Part shown: one piece after another, positions 27,474 to 36,470 of the stretch
Position numbering within the stretch: position 1 is the first letter of the stretch
How the letters are laid out: each line of letters begins with the position of its first letter
From: Akkermansiaceae bacterium UBA1518
GTDB lineage: Bacteria > Verrucomicrobiota > Verrucomicrobiia > Verrucomicrobiales > Akkermansiaceae
Length of the DNA: 64,000 bases
Direction: 5' to 3'
NCBI GenBank assembly: GCA_002323895.1
Contig: DCQM01000148.1
Coordinates: 5,058 to 69,057 of the forward strand
The notes under the pieces: generated by a model
Seen by the model: the letters and a program-made list of their open reading frames with translations, nothing else
Database searches by the model: none
Told to the model about the DNA's origin: nothing
Position numbers and translations under genes: made by a program

Positions 27474-28646
27474 CTAGTTTCTCTCAAACTTCAGCATCGC
27501 TTCAGCCAAGGCCTTTCCAAACCTCACAAAAGTTTTTCCACTTCCTAGGTAGTGATATTCGGCATTTGATGAACATCGATCCCAAGTCGCCTGTTCTTCG
27601 ACGGTAATTTCGCCATCACCAAAGCCATACCTAGCACACTCCTTTTGATAGTCTTCCCGGATCATCTCACCTCTTGCAAGGCGACGTTTCCACTCCCCCG
27701 TCATCCGCCGCTTCCAATAAATATCACTAAGCCCTAACTCATAAAAAGGTCCGCTATCTACCGCGATGACATTCCCTCTATATCTGGATTTCACCTTTGC
27801 GTCATAGTTTTTCACCGCTTCAAATTGCGCTTTCCGAAAAGTCGTTACCGGTAATCCCTTATCAAAACGACGGCTATCGGGATCCGTCCCATAAACACCC
27901 AACACACCCACGATGAATGGGAGATTGGGCGACTCAAACTCCCGTCGCACATCCACAATAAAGTGAATCATATTGTCCGTGTATTGCGAGATGTGATGGC
28001 GATTGCACATGTCATTCCATCCCTGAAACCAAACAAAACCCGAAAGCTCGTATCCATCGCTCCCCTCGTATTCCGGCACCACTTTCCTGATACTTGTTTC
28101 ATCCTCGAGTGTCTCTTTGACGAACGCGATCATCCGACGGTAGTAAGACCCCGTCTCTTCTTGTGTTGGAACCCTTCCATTCTCATTCTCCCGTTCACTT
28201 GGCAAATAGGGGCCGGCACTTGGCGGGCGAAAATCAACCGCTAACGACTTCCCCCCCCAAGCTGTCTTGATAATCAATACCGGTTCCTCCGTTGAACGAT
28301 CCATATGCAGACCAAAGCCATACTCCGGACCGATCCTCTCATTATCAAATCCATAGCCGACCTTTACCTTCCCATACAGAGTCACTTGTTCCCCTCCACG
28401 ATTTGTTCGACAAGTCACCCAGCTATTATGCGCCTCTATCGGTTCTCCATTAGCGCTCAAAATCTCGTTTAAGATCGGGGCCGTCTTGGGATCATCACCT
28501 ATCGCTGCAAAAGTCTTTTTATGAGCCGAACCCTGCATATTCGACTGACCAGCTAGGACATAAACTTTAAGAGGCTTCCCCATCACATTCCATTGCAGGA
28601 AAAAGGCTACCAGCCCCACCAAACCCAAAAAACGCCGCTGATTCAT
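27474..28646 (-). CDS. sialate O-acetylesterase-like (SASA/DUF303, SGNH-type) carbohydrate esterase
   Basis: Signal peptide MNQRRFLGLVGLVAFFLQW followed by LKVYVLAGQSNMQGS (GQSNM catalytic Ser motif) and WFQGWND. The start is taken at ATG 28646; an upstream ATG at 28706 adds 20 non-signal residues. Confidence 0.7.
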   Translation of the reverse strand: MNQRRFLGLVGLVAFFLQWNVMGKPLKVYVLAGQSNMQGSAHKKTFAAIGDDPKTAPILNEILSANGEPIEAHNSWVTCRTNRGGEQVTLYGKVKVGYGFDNERIGPEYGFGLHMDRSTEEPVLIIKTAWGGKSLAVDFRPPSAGPYLPSERENENGRVPTQEETGSYYRRMIAFVKETLEDETSIRKVVPEYEGSDGYELSGFVWFQGWNDMCNRHHISQYTDNMIHFIVDVRREFESPNLPFIVGVLGVYGTDPDSRRFDKGLPVTTFRKAQFEAVKNYDAKVKSRYRGNVIAVDSGPFYELGLSDIYWKRRMTGEWKRRLARGEMIREDYQKECARYGFGDGEITVEEQATWDRCSSNAEYHYLGSGKTFVRFGKALAEAMLKFERN

Positions 28647-28859
28647 CGTCACAGAACCCTGACTGATCTGACTAGGATGACCAGTAAATCCGATACCACC
28701 TCTCATTGAGTATTTTGAAAATCTCTAGATTTTCTCAAGGGAACTCACGAAAAATCAATCAATTCACGGTCTTCTTCTAAAAACCGAGGTGTAACTCTCT
28801 CCTCTCATCAGACAATTCCATTGACCCCTGCATCCGTCTCTCATACCTCTCGCTCCCTC

Positions 28860-29976
28860 ATGGAAACCGAAAACGTCGCTGACCTTCTGGCGATCGACAC
28901 CAGCTCGCTCGAGAGCCGCTTGTCGGAACTCAGGAGGTATCTTTGACATCCCACTTTTAACCCAAAAAATCGAAGAACTCGAAGCCAAAGCCGCCGATCC
29001 AGAATTCTGGAATCGACAGGAGCAGGCTCGCGAAGTCTTAGCCGAAACAAAACTCAACAAGGACAAACTCGAACCTTTCCTTAAATTTGAGGAAGAATTT
29101 CAAAATCTCACCTCGGGTATTGAGCTCGCCAAGGAATTTGATGACATCGATTCGGCGCGTGAGGCGCGATCCACTTTCGAGAAGCTTGGTAAAGATTTAG
29201 AGTCCTTCGAGCTCATTACCCTTCTCGATTCTCCCTCCGACTCAAAAAACGCCTACATGACTATCCAAGCCGGAGCAGGTGGAACCGAGGCCTGCGACTG
29301 GGCCGGTATGCTTTACCGAATGTATAATCGCTGGTCAGAGCAAAAAGACTTTAAGATTACCGTTACTGATTATCAGGACGGTGAGGAAGCCGGAATATCT
29401 TCTGCCTCTCTCAAAATTGAAGGCCCATACGCCTACGGTTACCTTAAAGCCGAACGTGGCGTTCATCGTCTCGTTCGTATTTCGCCTTTTGATTCGGCAG
29501 GAAAAAGACACACCTCTTTCGCCTCTATCGATGTCACACCTGAAATTGATGACACCATCGAGATCGACATTCCCGATTCCGATGTCGAAATATCTACAGC
29601 CCGCTCAGGCGGTAAAGGTGGGCAAAATGTGAACAAGGTCGAGACCGCTGTTATGATGAAGCATCTCCCGACAGGCATCGTGATTCGCTCAACCCAAGAA
29701 CGGTCCCAACTCCGCAACCGCGAAGTCGCTTGGGAAACCCTTCGAGCCAAACTTTACCAAATTGAGGAAGACAAGCAGAAAGCCGAAGCGGACCGCGCTT
29801 ATTCCGATAAAGGAGAGATCGGCTGGGGCAGCCAAATTCGTTCTTATGTATTCCAACCTTACCAGATGGTTAAGGACCTCCGCACAGGCGAAGAAACTGG
29901 TAACATCCAAAACGTCATGGACGGAGCCATTGACCCATTCATTGAAGCGATGCTCCGCGGCCAAAAACGCGCCTAA
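28860..29976 (+). CDS. prfB: peptide chain release factor 2, join(28860..28943,28945..29976) via programmed +1 frameshift
   Basis: Frame 0 reads [28 protein letters not shown] then TGA. The +1 frame continues [27 protein letters not shown]... into the 29257..29976 ORF, which carries SPF (RISPFDS) and GGQ ([10 protein letters not shown]). Confidence 0.9.
28932..28947 (+). promoter_or_regulatory. RF2 recoding site: internal SD-like AGGAGG + TAT CTT TGA C
   Basis: AGGAGG at 28932-28937, a 3-nt spacer, then the slippery CTT (28941-43) followed by in-frame TGA (28944-46) and C. This matches the classical RF2 autoregulatory +1 frameshift signal. Confidence 0.9.
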
Positions 29977-30064
29977 ATTTCTGCAAAAAGGGCTTCTCTT
30001 TCTACCTTTCTATTAGGCCCTAACGTAAGCACCTATTCACCTGATTTTGAAAATTGAGTGCAAT

Positions 30065-31156
30065 TCAACGAGCGAAATTAATGCACATCGCCTTCGGGAC
30101 CTCCGCACTTTTGCCACTATAAGAAATCTTACCCGTTTCCCTATCAATCCGATGACTGGTCACTTCGTTGGACTTTTGCCCTGCCACAAGAAGCCAATCA
30201 CCAGATGGCGAAAGATTAATATTGCGAGGAATCCACACCGCTGCCGGGGTCGTTTCCAGATGCTTTAATGACCCATCCTGTGCAACAGAGAGGACAGTTA
30301 AGGAATCTCGACCCTCTTTGGTTAAATCACGATTGGCGGTGTAAAGAAAATTCCCATCTTGCGAAACCCTAATCTCGGAACAGCTCATGTTCTCTGTTTT
30401 TGTTTTCGACGGGAAAACACTCACTGTATTCTTCATTGTCAAAACACCATTTTTCGTATCACGGGAGAACCCTGTCACAGTCAAAGTGAGCTCATTGAGA
30501 ACATAGGCATGCGAACCATCTTTACCAAACTTCATATGACGGGGACCTGAACCTGGAATTAACTTGAATCCCCCCTTATCAGTTAATGTCCCCTTAGCAT
30601 CGAAAGCATAAAATTTCACCTGATCGATTCCAAGATCTGGCGCATACGCGAATTTGTTATCAGGCCCAGCATAAATGGAGTGTGCGTGAGGCCCTTCTTG
30701 CCGTTGTTTGTTCACGCTCGAACCCTTGTGCTGCATCAGTGATGCCACGGCGCCAATCTCCCCACCTACTATAGGAAAAGACACTACCTTCCCACCACCG
30801 TAATCCGCTCCAAAAAGAACTTTTTCATTCGCGTCGATACTGACATGGCAAAGTCCTCGACCATCATAAGTCTGGCTCGAAATCTCAGTAAACTTGCCCC
30901 CAACGATCGAATAAGCCGAAACCGCTCCCTTCCCGCCTTTTTTATAAGTAGAAAAAATAACACTGCCTTCCTTGTTCACCTCTTGAAACCCCATGTTTTG
31001 GCCCTTCACCACATGCTTACGATTGGAAAGCGCACCCGTTTCTTCGTTTAATTCGAGAGTGTAAATTCCGTCTGCTCCGGTGCCAACGTAAACAGGAGTC
31101 GTTTGAGCCTGAAAGGCTCCAGTGAGAGCCACTGTCGCAAAAATCATCTTCTTCAT
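30065..31156 (-). CDS. lactonase family protein (7-bladed beta-propeller, 6-phosphogluconolactonase/YbhE-like), exported
   Basis: Signal peptide MKKMIFATVALTGAFQAQ. Motifs EGPHAHSI, GSGPRHMKF and LYTANR are typical of this lactonase family. The start is taken at ATG 31156; ATG 31225 would leave only 11 bp before ppc. Confidence 0.75.
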   Translation of the reverse strand: MKKMIFATVALTGAFQAQTTPVYVGTGADGIYTLELNEETGALSNRKHVVKGQNMGFQEVNKEGSVIFSTYKKGGKGAVSAYSIVGGKFTEISSQTYDGRGLCHVSIDANEKVLFGADYGGGKVVSFPIVGGEIGAVASLMQHKGSSVNKQRQEGPHAHSIYAGPDNKFAYAPDLGIDQVKFYAFDAKGTLTDKGGFKLIPGSGPRHMKFGKDGSHAYVLNELTLTVTGFSRDTKNGVLTMKNTVSVFPSKTKTENMSCSEIRVSQDGNFLYTANRDLTKEGRDSLTVLSVAQDGSLKHLETTPAAVWIPRNINLSPSGDWLLVAGQKSNEVTSHRIDRETGKISYSGKSAEVPKAMCINFAR

Positions 31157-31236
31157 GCCATTGATTAACAGAATGAATCGTGACCTGAAAGACAGATCCT
31201 TGCCAGCCCCTAAAAATCTGAGCATTCTTACCTCGG

Positions 31237-33945
31237 ATGCCCGACAACATTAAGAACGACCGATATTTCGCGGAAGGTTTTCGCGAACTCGACGAAAGTC
31301 TAGCCGAAACCACAGCTATGCTTGCCGAGGCCCTCCCGCTTGATGCTGCCCTTCGGTCGCTCGTCCCCTGGCAAGAAGGAAAACCATTTCCTGGAACAAT
31401 TCCTTCAGGGTCAGAGCGTGAAGGAGCTCAACTCCTCTCTATTTGCTTCGAACTACTCAACATCGTCGAAGAACGAGTCGCTTGGAAATTCCGTAGTGCC
31501 CGCCGAACCTCCCACGGAGCCGATGCCATTAAGGGCCTTTGGCCCTCCGTTATCAAACGCCTTTCCGAAGCCGGATTAACCGAGCAAGAGGTAATTACGA
31601 CCCTCAAAAAAGTTCAGGTCGAACCAGTCCTAACTGCCCATCCAACCGAAGCAAAACGCCCCTCTGTGCGCGTCCGCCACAAAGCTATTTACGAGGAACT
31701 TCGTAGTTTTGAATCCGCGAAACATGATCCTCATTATGGACGCCGCGTCGCAGATTCTCTCCGCGCTGAGCTCCAAACCCTTTGGTATACTGGGGAAATT
31801 TTCGTCCAACGGCCCGCAGTTCAAGAGGAACTTCGGAATGCTCTGCCTTATCTCAGCGAAACCTTCCCCGAAGTCGTAATCCGCCTTGACCGTTCCCTCG
31901 AACTCGCGTGGGAAGATGCTGGTTGGAATATCGAAAACCTTCGCAAAGAGAACGCCTATCCAAAACTCCGCTTTTCTAACTGGATTGGCGGCGACCGCGA
32001 CGGTCACCCCTTTGTCACACCAGAAGTAACCAAAAACACCCTCGCTGAACTTCATGAAAATGCAGTGCAAATGCACCAGCGGCATTTAATGAAAGTCGCC
32101 GACAAACTCACCCTGGCTCCTCCCTTCACCAAAGTTCCTTCCCGTCTTAACCAAGCCATTGCAACGTATGCCGAAGAACTCGGCGATGCGGGATTCCGAA
32201 TTACAAAACGCTACCATCTAGAGCCATGGCAGACTTTTATTCGACTCGTCGTCGAAAGATTCGAGCAGAACAAATACCATACCACCGCCGAATATCTCTC
32301 CGATCTTAATCTTGCTCACAACACCCTCTGCGAAGCCAAAGCTTCAATGACCGCGCACGAGTGGATTTTCCCGCTGATTCGCCTTGCTGAAATTTTCGGA
32401 CTTCATCTCGCTTCCCTCGATGTTCGCAACAACTCGGAAGCCCACGATGCCGCCGCCGCTCAGCTCTTCGCTAGAGTCGGGATTCCTGACGGCGAAAACT
32501 TCCCGACTTGGACCGAAGAAAAACGCCGCGAATTCCTTGTCGCAGAGCTTTCGAATCCAAGACCATTTCTTACTCGCTACGAGAAAGCTGGCGATGATGC
32601 AGATAATATTCTGGCCTACTTTCGCCTCCTAGCGACCCACCTGCGCAAGCGCGGGCCTGATTGCCTAGGACAACTCATCATCAGCATGACGCGTTCTGTG
32701 TCTGATATCCTTCTCGTACAGCTTCTCTGCCGTGAAGCCGGACTCGCCAAGCTACATTCAAACGGCAAATGGCGCTCCCGCCTACCAGTTAGTCCGCTCT
32801 TTGAAACCGGAGAAGACCTAGCCGCCGCTGACACCATTCTGGCGGAATATCTCGCCATCATGGGACCCCATCCATCCGGAATGCAGCCCGCTATGGTCGG
32901 ATATTCCGATTCCAACAAAGATGCCGGAGTTTTTGCATCCCAATGGGGAATTTTTAAAGGCCAAGAAGCAATGACCGCGGCCTGTCGGGCAGAAGGTGTT
33001 GTCCCACAGTTTTTTCACGGTCGCGGCGGTACTATTGGTCGCGGAGCAGGTCCTACTCGTTGGTTCCTTAGGGCCCTTCCTGATGGAGCACTTGCCGGCC
33101 CCGTCCGCGTCACCGAACAAGGCGAGGTCCTCCCAAGAAAATACGGTCACGAAGGGAACGCTCACTTCCATCTTGAACTCCTCACCGCCGGTGTCACCCG
33201 TGTCGTTGGATTGCGAAATGAACGAGCTAATCCTGTTGAACAGTGCCGCCAAAGTCTCGACGCTCTTTCCGCCGAATCAGACAAAGCCTATCGCAAGCTG
33301 CTTGACGCCGATGACTTCATCAGCTTCTACCGTAGTGCGACTCCCATCGACGCTTTAGAAACCGGGGTCTTTGGATCTCGGCCCTCCCGCCGTACTGGCA
33401 AGAAGGCCTCCCTCAAGGATCTCCGTGCTATTCCATGGGTCTTTTCTTGGACACAAGCCCGTTTCTACCTACCTGGCTGGTATGGTGTTGGCTCCGGCCT
33501 CGAGGCTATCGGCGAAGAATCCTATCAGAATATCAAGGACAACCTCCCAAAATTCGACTTCCTCCGCTATGTCTTCACCAACATTGAATCTTCCCTCGCC
33601 TCGGCAAACCCCGAAATGATGAAGCAATATGCCGAGCTCTGCCCGAACGAGGATCTTCGAAAACGCCTTCTTGGCCAAATCCTTACCGAATACCAAAAAA
33701 CACTTGGATTAGTTCACAAACTTTTTGGCCGCGAATTTGATTCCCGCCGCCCGCGCATGGAAAAAACCCTCGCAGTCCGGGAAGGCCCATTAAAGGTCCT
33801 TCACGAGCAACAAATCGCCCTCATCAAACGTTGGCGTGAGGCCGGAAGCCCAATCGAAGCAAAGGATGGTCGCTTCAATCGCGATTTTCTCGCCCTGCAA
33901 TTGACGATCAACGCAATCTCATCTGGCCTACGCGAAACTGGTTAA
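31237..33945 (+). CDS. ppc: phosphoenolpyruvate carboxylase
   Basis: 902 aa. VLTAHPTEAKR, GYSDSNKDAGV, FHGRGGTIGRGAGP, and C-terminal ...LRETG. Confidence 0.95.
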   Translation: MPDNIKNDRYFAEGFRELDESLAETTAMLAEALPLDAALRSLVPWQEGKPFPGTIPSGSEREGAQLLSICFELLNIVEERVAWKFRSARRTSHGADAIKGLWPSVIKRLSEAGLTEQEVITTLKKVQVEPVLTAHPTEAKRPSVRVRHKAIYEELRSFESAKHDPHYGRRVADSLRAELQTLWYTGEIFVQRPAVQEELRNALPYLSETFPEVVIRLDRSLELAWEDAGWNIENLRKENAYPKLRFSNWIGGDRDGHPFVTPEVTKNTLAELHENAVQMHQRHLMKVADKLTLAPPFTKVPSRLNQAIATYAEELGDAGFRITKRYHLEPWQTFIRLVVERFEQNKYHTTAEYLSDLNLAHNTLCEAKASMTAHEWIFPLIRLAEIFGLHLASLDVRNNSEAHDAAAAQLFARVGIPDGENFPTWTEEKRREFLVAELSNPRPFLTRYEKAGDDADNILAYFRLLATHLRKRGPDCLGQLIISMTRSVSDILLVQLLCREAGLAKLHSNGKWRSRLPVSPLFETGEDLAAADTILAEYLAIMGPHPSGMQPAMVGYSDSNKDAGVFASQWGIFKGQEAMTAACRAEGVVPQFFHGRGGTIGRGAGPTRWFLRALPDGALAGPVRVTEQGEVLPRKYGHEGNAHFHLELLTAGVTRVVGLRNERANPVEQCRQSLDALSAESDKAYRKLLDADDFISFYRSATPIDALETGVFGSRPSRRTGKKASLKDLRAIPWVFSWTQARFYLPGWYGVGSGLEAIGEESYQNIKDNLPKFDFLRYVFTNIESSLASANPEMMKQYAELCPNEDLRKRLLGQILTEYQKTLGLVHKLFGREFDSRRPRMEKTLAVREGPLKVLHEQQIALIKRWREAGSPIEAKDGRFNRDFLALQLTINAISSGLRETG

Positions 33946-34097
33946 TCATTCTCGAATCATCTTAAATAAGGAATAAGTTCCGTCGGCATTTACCGTTCCA
34001 AGATGCCTGCCATCCCGCGAAAAAGAGAGCTGCAGGCATCCATGATTGACCTCCTTGCCAAACTTGCCCTTGAGATGAATTTCGTTATTCTACCCCC

Positions 34098-35741
34098 ATG
34101 AGAAATTTAATTTCCGTTCTCTTTATTTTAAGTTCTCCCTTTGCCTCCGCTAAAGCTCCCGCAGATGAATACTTTAAGGTCGAAACCGTCGCTGGAAGTT
34201 TCGTTGACGCCATGGAAATGGCAGTCACTCCAGAAGGCCATGTATTCGTCACTGAACGCACTGGGGCGGTGAAACTGGTTGATCCAGAGAATGGTAAAGT
34301 TAAAGTAATCGCAACCATCCCAGTCGAAGTAAGAAAAAAAGAATTCGCGAGAGAGTGCGGGCTGCTAGGAATCACCCTTGATCCGAATTACGAAAAGAAT
34401 AAGTGGGTATATCTCTACTACTCAGTCCAGGGGAAACCCGTCCATCATCTTGCTAGATTCACTTTTAAAGGGGGGCAACTCGGCAGCGAAAAGACCTTAC
34501 TAGAGGTTCCACACGATCGCGAAAACTCAACATGCCATGAAGGTGGATCTCTAGCTTTTGGGCCCGACGGTTGCCTATACCTTTCCACCGGAGACAACAC
34601 CTGCCCATTTCAATCGAATGGCTCCGCTCCTATCGACGAGGGTAAAAACCGAAAGTGGTATGACGCCCAACGCACTTCCGCCAACACCAACGACCTTCGC
34701 GGGAAAATTCTCCGTATTCAACCCACCAAAAATGGCGGCTATACTATTCCAAAAGGCAACCTTTTTCCGAAAGGCACCGCTAAGACTCGCCCAGAAATCT
34801 ATGTTATGGGATGCCGTAACCCCTATCGAATTTCAATCGACCCAAAAACTAACTATCTCTACTGGGGAAAGGTTGGGCCCGACGCCGGTAGCGATTCAAG
34901 CCGAGGACCACGCGGCTATGATGAGATTAATCAAGCCCGCAAAGCCGGTAATTTTGGTTGGCCTTATTTCAGTGCCGACAACAAACCCTATGCTGATTAT
35001 GACTTCGCAGAAAAAAAGACAGGGAAAAAATTTAATTTTAAGAAACCAATCAACAGTTCAATCAACAACACTGGACTAACCGAACTCCCTCCAGCCCAGC
35101 CAGCTTTTTGGCACTACCCCAGAGCATCTGCCTGTGCTGGACCGGTGTTTCACTCCGATCTCTACCCTAAGGGTCAGGGGGGCCTCCCAGCACAACTTGA
35201 CGGCTGCCTCATAGCCTACGACTGGACCACCACTCGGATTCGTCTAATCAAGCTTAATGACAAAGGAAAAATCGAGTGGAACGAGCCATGGCTCGGAAAA
35301 TATCGCTTTGTTCACCCCGGCGACATGGCCTTGGGCCCCAAGGGTGAGCTTTTTATTCTTGAATACGGATCAGCCTGGTATGACGGCAAGAACGGTAAGC
35401 TCAAACGAGTGACATACTCCAAAACTCCGCAAGCCATTGCAGTTTCACCATCCGATCCCCGAATGAAGGGCCTTCCAAAGGATCACCCTGGCACCAAGCT
35501 TATCGCCGAGACCACCTGTCTTGCCTGCCATAACACCACTCAAAAGTCGATCGGACCAACCTACCGCGACGTCGCAGGAAAATATGCCAAAGACCCGGAT
35601 TCCATCGAAATGTTGGCAAATAAGGTTATTAAAGGAGGAGTTGGAGTTTGGGGTGAGCAACCCATGCCTCCCCATCCTCAACACAATATTGAAGAGACCC
35701 GACAAATGGTTGAAGCCATTCTTAAAGTCCGGAAAAAATGA
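34098..35741 (+). CDS. PQQ-dependent sugar dehydrogenase (sorbosone/glucose dehydrogenase-like) fused to a C-terminal c-type cytochrome
   Basis: Signal peptide, then GLLGITLDPNYEKNKWVYLYYS and HEGGSLAFGPDGCLYLSTGD (GSDH beta-propeller). The C-terminal domain has CLACHNTTQKSIGPTYRDVAGKY...GVWGEQPMPPHP (CxxCH plus Met ligand). Confidence 0.8.
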   Translation: MRNLISVLFILSSPFASAKAPADEYFKVETVAGSFVDAMEMAVTPEGHVFVTERTGAVKLVDPENGKVKVIATIPVEVRKKEFARECGLLGITLDPNYEKNKWVYLYYSVQGKPVHHLARFTFKGGQLGSEKTLLEVPHDRENSTCHEGGSLAFGPDGCLYLSTGDNTCPFQSNGSAPIDEGKNRKWYDAQRTSANTNDLRGKILRIQPTKNGGYTIPKGNLFPKGTAKTRPEIYVMGCRNPYRISIDPKTNYLYWGKVGPDAGSDSSRGPRGYDEINQARKAGNFGWPYFSADNKPYADYDFAEKKTGKKFNFKKPINSSINNTGLTELPPAQPAFWHYPRASACAGPVFHSDLYPKGQGGLPAQLDGCLIAYDWTTTRIRLIKLNDKGKIEWNEPWLGKYRFVHPGDMALGPKGELFILEYGSAWYDGKNGKLKRVTYSKTPQAIAVSPSDPRMKGLPKDHPGTKLIAETTCLACHNTTQKSIGPTYRDVAGKYAKDPDSIEMLANKVIKGGVGVWGEQPMPPHPQHNIEETRQMVEAILKVRKK

Positions 35742-36373
35742 CCCTTATTTATCAGGACGAGCACATCGTGGTGGTCGATAAGCCAAGCGGATTTCTTTCA
35801 GTTCCTGGACGAGGGATTGAGAAAATCGATTCGGTTGCTCACCAAATTAGCACCAATATTCCCGGATGTATTGATCAACCCGCAGTCCACCGTCTTGACA
35901 TGGACACCTCGGGCTTACTTGTTCTAGCTCTCACTAAAGCCGCTCATCGAAACCTCTCGAAACAATTTCAAGATAGACTTACCGAGAAGGAATACATTGC
36001 TCTCCTAGATGGAACACTCCCTGAGGAACTCGGGAATAGCGGCACGATCACGCTTCCATTCCGACTTGATATTGAGAATCGCCCTTATCAAATCTACGAT
36101 GAAATTCACGGAAAAATGGGAACATCTCACTGGCGCCGTATCTCTGTTAAAAATGGAATATCACGAATACATTTTAAGCCGATCACGGGCAGAACCCACC
36201 AGCTTCGGATACACTCAGCCCATCCAAAAGGGCTCGGACTTCCAATTCTTGACGATCCGCTTTATGGCAACGGCACAGACCCCGGGAAAATGAAGCTCCA
36301 CGCTAGCAAACTCTCCTTCGACCACCCCGACACGAGCGAGCGACTCACTTTCACTTCACCCGCTCCATTTTAA
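35738..36373 (+). CDS. RluA family pseudouridine synthase
   Basis: IVVVDKPSGFLSVPG, catalytic HRLDMDTSGLLVLA, TGRTHQLRIH. ATGA overlap with the upstream gene. Confidence 0.85.
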   Translation: MTLIYQDEHIVVVDKPSGFLSVPGRGIEKIDSVAHQISTNIPGCIDQPAVHRLDMDTSGLLVLALTKAAHRNLSKQFQDRLTEKEYIALLDGTLPEELGNSGTITLPFRLDIENRPYQIYDEIHGKMGTSHWRRISVKNGISRIHFKPITGRTHQLRIHSAHPKGLGLPILDDPLYGNGTDPGKMKLHASKLSFDHPDTSERLTFTSPAPF

Positions 36374-36470
36374 ATCGATGACTCAGCCCGATCAGGAACC
36401 ATTTAAATTTTCCCTCCAAGAGATTCAACAACGCACTGAATTTTCCCTCGAGCCCGAACTGCCTTAGGCC

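Noticed and set aside
28764-29066. Minus-strand ORFs (100 aa and 69 aa) upstream of the 29257 ORF
   Set aside because: They cover the 5' third of prfB, which reads cleanly on the plus strand once the +1 frameshift is applied. They are artefacts of that gap in the track.
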